Of a DNA stretch of 64,000 bases, positions 60,462-64,000 are shown piece after piece. The stretch is taken from contig CAVQKE010000006.1 in assembly GCA_963713045.1 (NCBI GenBank), forward strand, positions 192,001 through 256,000, given 5' to 3'. This stretch comes from an uncultured delta proteobacterium (lineage in GTDB: Bacteria; Myxococcota; Myxococcia; Myxococcales; Myxococcaceae). The number at the start of each line of letters is the position of its first letter. Position 1 is the first letter of the stretch. The translations under genes were made by a program, and so were the position numbers. The notes beneath the pieces are model-generated. The model was not told the origin of the DNA and made no database searches. It saw only the letters and a program-made list of their open reading frames with translations.

Positions 60462-61136
60462 ATGGAAGAGGACGTCCAAGCCCAAAGTCCTTTGGCGGAA
60501 GCTCTCGGGGAGGGCGGTGACCTCCCCGGCCTTCCGGCGAGTCGCATCGAAGCCCTCTCCGACGGCGTGTTCGCCATCGCCATGACGTAGCTGGTGTTGG
60601 ACCTTCGGGTGCCCGACGTGTCGGGCGACACCGACAGCCTGCTTCGGGCCCTGGCGGGGATGTGGCCGAAGATGGCGGGCTTCGTGCTTGGCTTCGTCCT
60701 GCTTGGAACGGTGTGGGTCAATCACCACTACCAATTCCGCTACATTCGCCGGACCGACCGGACACTGCTGTGGGTCAACCTGCTCTTGTTGATGCTGGTC
60801 TCGGCGCTGCCCTTCGGGGTTGCACTGCTGGGCCACTATTGGGCCAGTCCGGTGGCGACCGCACTCTACGGCGCCTTCATGCTTGCCTCAGGGGCTTGTC
60901 TGTACGCTCAGTGGACGTATGCGACCCGCCACCCACGCCTCGTCACGAAAAGTCTCACCGCGTCGGTGAGCCGTGCACTGAAGAACCGAATTGTGCTCGG
61001 GTTGGTGGGCTATGGCATCGGCTTCGCCTTCGCCTTTTTTTGGCCGAAGGGAAGCATCCTCATCTACGTCCTGATGCCCGTGCTGTACCTCTTCCCGGGG
61101 AGGATTGAGTGGCACCTCCATTCGGCACCTGAGTGA
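60462..61136 (+). pseudogene. TMEM175 family K+ channel-like protein with in-frame TAG
   Basis: RIEALSDGVFAIAMT*LVLDL, TAG at 60588-60590; WVNHH. Confidence 0.8.
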
Positions 61137-61180
61137 AGGCCGCGGCCGCTCCCTCGCTAAAGCGTCGTTCTCGTGCCGGC

Positions 61181-61387
61181 CTAGCTGCAGCCGGTGCACG
61201 TTCCCGCTCCCATGCAGTACTCAACGTATTCGGTGCAGGCCGTGTTCGGGTCGGGTGCCTGGATGATGAGCTGCTGCAAGGGCTCCCCGTTGCAGAAGCC
61301 GTTGCAGGTGTAGTCATTTTGGGTCGGGCCGGTGGAGCCACAGCCCACACCTGCCACTGCAACGGCTGTCGCCAGAGTCAGCCTCAT
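61181..61387 (-). CDS. small Cys-rich lipoprotein
   Basis: AGVGC lipobox, 6 further Cys in about 50 aa. Confidence 0.55.
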   Translation of the reverse strand: MRLTLATAVAVAGVGCGSTGPTQNDYTCNGFCNGEPLQQLIIQAPDPNTACTEYVEYCMGAGTCTGCS

Positions 61388-61538
61388 GCGTCTACGGTTC
61401 AAGCGGGGCACACCTCCCAACGGGGAAAGCCCGACAGCATCGCCGGGGCCGACTTCGGATGTCGAGGAAACAAGGACCCGACGGCCGTTCCGCCGCCCTC
61501 CAGGCAGACGTTTGTCCGCGTTGGCCCGAGGGGAGGCT

Positions 61539-62441
61539 CTACGTGTCGTCCGACGAGGAGTGGGCCAGCACCGACGTTAAGCTGAGTGCCAGCTCGGGGC
61601 CCAGAAGCCGCATCAAGCTTTCCAGCTCCGGTGGACCCAACTTGAAGCGTTGCTCGAGTCGCCCTCGCGTCTTCGTCAAGAGAGCCTCGCGGGCGTGGCT
61701 GAGCCGCCGAGAAATGGTGGACTTGTTCACCTGGTAGACGGCGCCAATTTGATTGAAACTCAACCCGTCGAGGAAGTGAAGCTTGAGAAGGCTGCGGTGC
61801 TGCGCGCTCAGCTCCGCCATCGACTCCTTGAGCGCCGCACCGAAGTCGGGGCCGTAGCGGGCGAGGAGGAGGTCGAACTGGATGTCGGCAGTCGGAGCCG
61901 CGACATCCAGCTGCGAGTCAGCCGCCAGCTGGTCCGGGGCCCGGCGGGCGCTTCGTCGCGCGTTGAGGGCAAGTCGAAGTGCTGCTGCCCGGACCCAGTG
62001 CTCCAGCGAGCCCCGGCCCGCGTATTCGAGAATGCGGGGCTCGCCTGGCGCTGCCACTAAAATCCGCTCCAACAGCTGCTGCGTCACTTCCTCGACAAAC
62101 GCCGCAGACGCCTCCACGCCGCGCACGGTGGAGATGGCGATGGGAACGAATTCTGCCTGAAACAGCCGAAGCGCCTCGGGGTCGCCGTGCCCGCAGCCGA
62201 AGGCGAGGCACAGGTCGCTGAGGTGCAGCCGGTCGAGCTCGGCCTCTGGGGTTCGGCTGCGCGCCAGGTGGGTGGCCCAATGCTCGACGAATGCCTCGGT
62301 ATCGACGCGAAAGCTGGGTCTCGCTTCGAGCGCCGTCGCCAACAGTGTGCCTAGTTGCTCGTCGATGCCGGGGCGGCTGCGCAAATCGGAGGCCCGAGGA
62401 AGCTTGGCCCAAAACACACTCGAGTGCGGAAAGGCATTCAC
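61539..62441 (-). CDS. ECF-type sigma-70 factor, myxobacterial family
   Basis: DLCLAFGC, YAGRGSLEHWVR, LHFLDGLS...STISRRL. Confidence 0.8.
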   Translation of the reverse strand: MNAFPHSSVFWAKLPRASDLRSRPGIDEQLGTLLATALEARPSFRVDTEAFVEHWATHLARSRTPEAELDRLHLSDLCLAFGCGHGDPEALRLFQAEFVPIAISTVRGVEASAAFVEEVTQQLLERILVAAPGEPRILEYAGRGSLEHWVRAAALRLALNARRSARRAPDQLAADSQLDVAAPTADIQFDLLLARYGPDFGAALKESMAELSAQHRSLLKLHFLDGLSFNQIGAVYQVNKSTISRRLSHAREALLTKTRGRLEQRFKLGPPELESLMRLLGPELALSLTSVLAHSSSDDT

Positions 62442-62472
62442 GGACGCTGGGTAACGGGCGGCAGGTTGGCTT

Positions 62473-64000
62473 TCATTCGTACCGAAACCGGAGCCATCCG
62501 AGCCACACCAGCCCTAAAAGCGAGGTGAGGGTGAGGCTCCACCGAAGCCAGGCGGAGGAGAGGCCAGCTTCCGGGACCAGCTCTCGGTAAACGAAAGCTT
62601 CACCGGCTGGCGTGTGCGAGCCCGGCGCGCCCAGCCGCACTCCATAGACGACGAGGTCGCGCCCCGGCACGCGTAAACGCTCGACGCGCCCAACGGCTGG
62701 CACGCTCGCCCATCTGGCCCCCGCCCACCCGCCGTCTGGCGCATGGAGCGCGATGTTGGCGCCCGCCGCGCGGCTGAGCTCGTGGAGCAGCCCGCCGCCA
62801 AGCCAGCTACCGGTGAGCATCGCGCCCACCACCGACGCCCCGCGGATGACGGGTCGCGCCGAGACGAGCAGCAGGTCATCCGGGCGGGTGGGTCTCGTCA
62901 GGGGAATGTCAATCTGCTGCAGCGTTCTGCTGGACCACAGTTCATCCGCCGAGACCTGGTCCATGGTTCCCACCAGCAAGGGAAGCGGTGGGGCAGCGGC
63001 TCCGTAGGCTTCGAGATCAGCGAGGTTGAGAATGACTCGTCCCCAAGCGTTCACCAGCAGCAGCGCATCCCGGTCCTTCAAGCCCGGCAAGTCGGCCGAA
63101 CGCATCACCTCATGGGCCTCCGCGAATTGCTCCTCCTTGGAGGCGTTCTCCGCCAGCCCGAGGGCGGCGTCCATGTTGCTGGCCTGCCCAAAGGCGTCGA
63201 GGACGCCCTCAGCGTGAAGGCCCAAGCTGGCCTGGAGGTCAATCAGGTCATGCTGCGCGCGAAACAGCTCGGGCAGCCGCTGACCCGCGGCGGTGAGCTC
63301 ATGCTCGACCCGAAGCACCTCCTGCGCGTGTCGTCCCCACAAGCCAACGGTGAAAAGCAATATGGCGGCCATGCCGAGAAGCGTCCTCGTCTGGAAGGGC
63401 CGCCGGGCCTCGCGCAGCGCGGCCACCAAAGCGTCCATCGACGACCAGCGCGCTGCCGGCTCTGTCTCCAGTCCCCGGGCCAGCACACGTCCGACTCCTG
63501 CCGGGACGCGGACTCGGGTGCGCACCGGGGCCGCGGATGCCGCCGGCTGCGCGGGCGCCGGGCCGGAGTGGCGTCGAATGGGTCGGCTGCCGTAGAGCGC
63601 CTCGTACAGCGCGACGCAGAAGCTGTATTGGTCTGTCCGGGTGTCCGCCGGTGCCCCCCGCCACTGCTCGGGCGCCATGTAGGCTGGCGTGCCGGCAATG
63701 CGAGTGTCGGTCGCGTTCGCCGCTCGTGCCAGGCCGAAGTCGGTCACTCGGACCCGGCCGTCATCGCCCACCAGGACATTTTCGGGCTTGAAGTCGCGAT
63801 GAATGATGGCGGCGTTGTGTGCCGCGGCGAGGCCCGTTCCGGCCGCCAGGTACAGCTCGAGGACGCGCCGCGGGCGCATCTCGGGGGCCGCTTGCGCGCT
63901 TCGCAGCGTCTGGCCGCGGACAAACTCCATCGCGAAGAAGACTTCCTCCTGCCACGTCCCAACGTCAAAGACGGTGATGATGTTGGGGTGGGACAGCCGG
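62473..64000 (-). CDS. Ser/Thr protein kinase with extracytoplasmic domain (5' end outside window)
   Basis: HPNIITVFDVG, HRDFKPEN, DFG, GTPAYMAPEQ, two TM helices. Confidence 0.88.
   Translation of the reverse strand, partial: RLSHPNIITVFDVGTWQEEVFFAMEFVRGQTLRSAQAAPEMRPRRVLELYLAAGTGLAAAHNAAIIHRDFKPENVLVGDDGRVRVTDFGLARAANATDTRIAGTPAYMAPEQWRGAPADTRTDQYSFCVALYEALYGSRPIRRHSGPAPAQPAASAAPVRTRVRVPAGVGRVLARGLETEPAARWSSMDALVAALREARRPFQTRTLLGMAAILLFTVGLWGRHAQEVLRVEHELTAAGQRLPELFRAQHDLIDLQASLGLHAEGVLDAFGQASNMDAALGLAENASKEEQFAEAHEVMRSADLPGLKDRDALLLVNAWGRVILNLADLEAYGAAAPPLPLLVGTMDQVSADELWSSRTLQQIDIPLTRPTRPDDLLLVSARPVIRGASVVGAMLTGSWLGGGLLHELSRAAGANIALHAPDGGWAGARWASVPAVGRVERLRVPGRDLVVYGVRLGAPGSHTPAGEAFVYRELVPEAGLSSAWLRWSLTLTSLLGLVWLGWLRFRYE

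Noticed and set aside
20949..60590. Stop-codon reassignment suggested by in-frame TAG at 20949 and 60588 and TGA at 27186
   Set aside because: TAG and TGA end conserved genes normally (gyrA, dnaJ); isolated nonsense mutations or errors are the simpler explanation.
1..64000. CRISPR array
   Set aside because: No regularly spaced short repeats with unique spacers and no cas genes; the att modules are kilobases apart.

Overview
High-GC DNA that looks myxobacterial. 1-17.8 kb is intact core genome: RapA-like SNF2 helicase, MBL hydrolase, Zn-ADH, MsbA-like ABC transporter, dnaJ, LpoA-like lipoprotein and gyrA. It ends at tRNA-Phe(GAA) (17844-17916). A roughly 30 kb composite island follows (17870-48022). 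The tRNA-proximal part is a decaying integrative element: tyrosine integrase, Xis-like HTH, ParB, a 19-bp perfect hairpin, Replic_Relax-type protein, VirD4/TraD-like ATPase and HicAB. It is closed by a perfect 51-bp tRNA repeat at 33076-33126. The integrase ORF runs through the att core, so excision would swap its C-terminus. The same ~125-bp end module (17-bp arm motif, exactly 55 bp, then tRNA core) recurs in degenerate form at 35.7 and 47.9 kb, with a partial core at 30.06 kb. These sites divide integrase-less cargo (Ser/Thr kinases, ECF sigma, amidohydrolases, ArsR-SRPBCC) into a tandem, cassette-like array. After 48 kb come a Cys/His repeat secreted protein, DUF885, and a circularly permuted ATP-grasp / alpha-E / transglutaminase cluster with an unusual GATase-II-transglutaminase fusion. 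The window ends with a TMEM175 gene carrying an internal TAG and a sigma factor/kinase pair. By eye, GATC is essentially absent from the host flanks and the element backbone but common in part of the cargo. All family calls come from motif recognition; no database searches were run.
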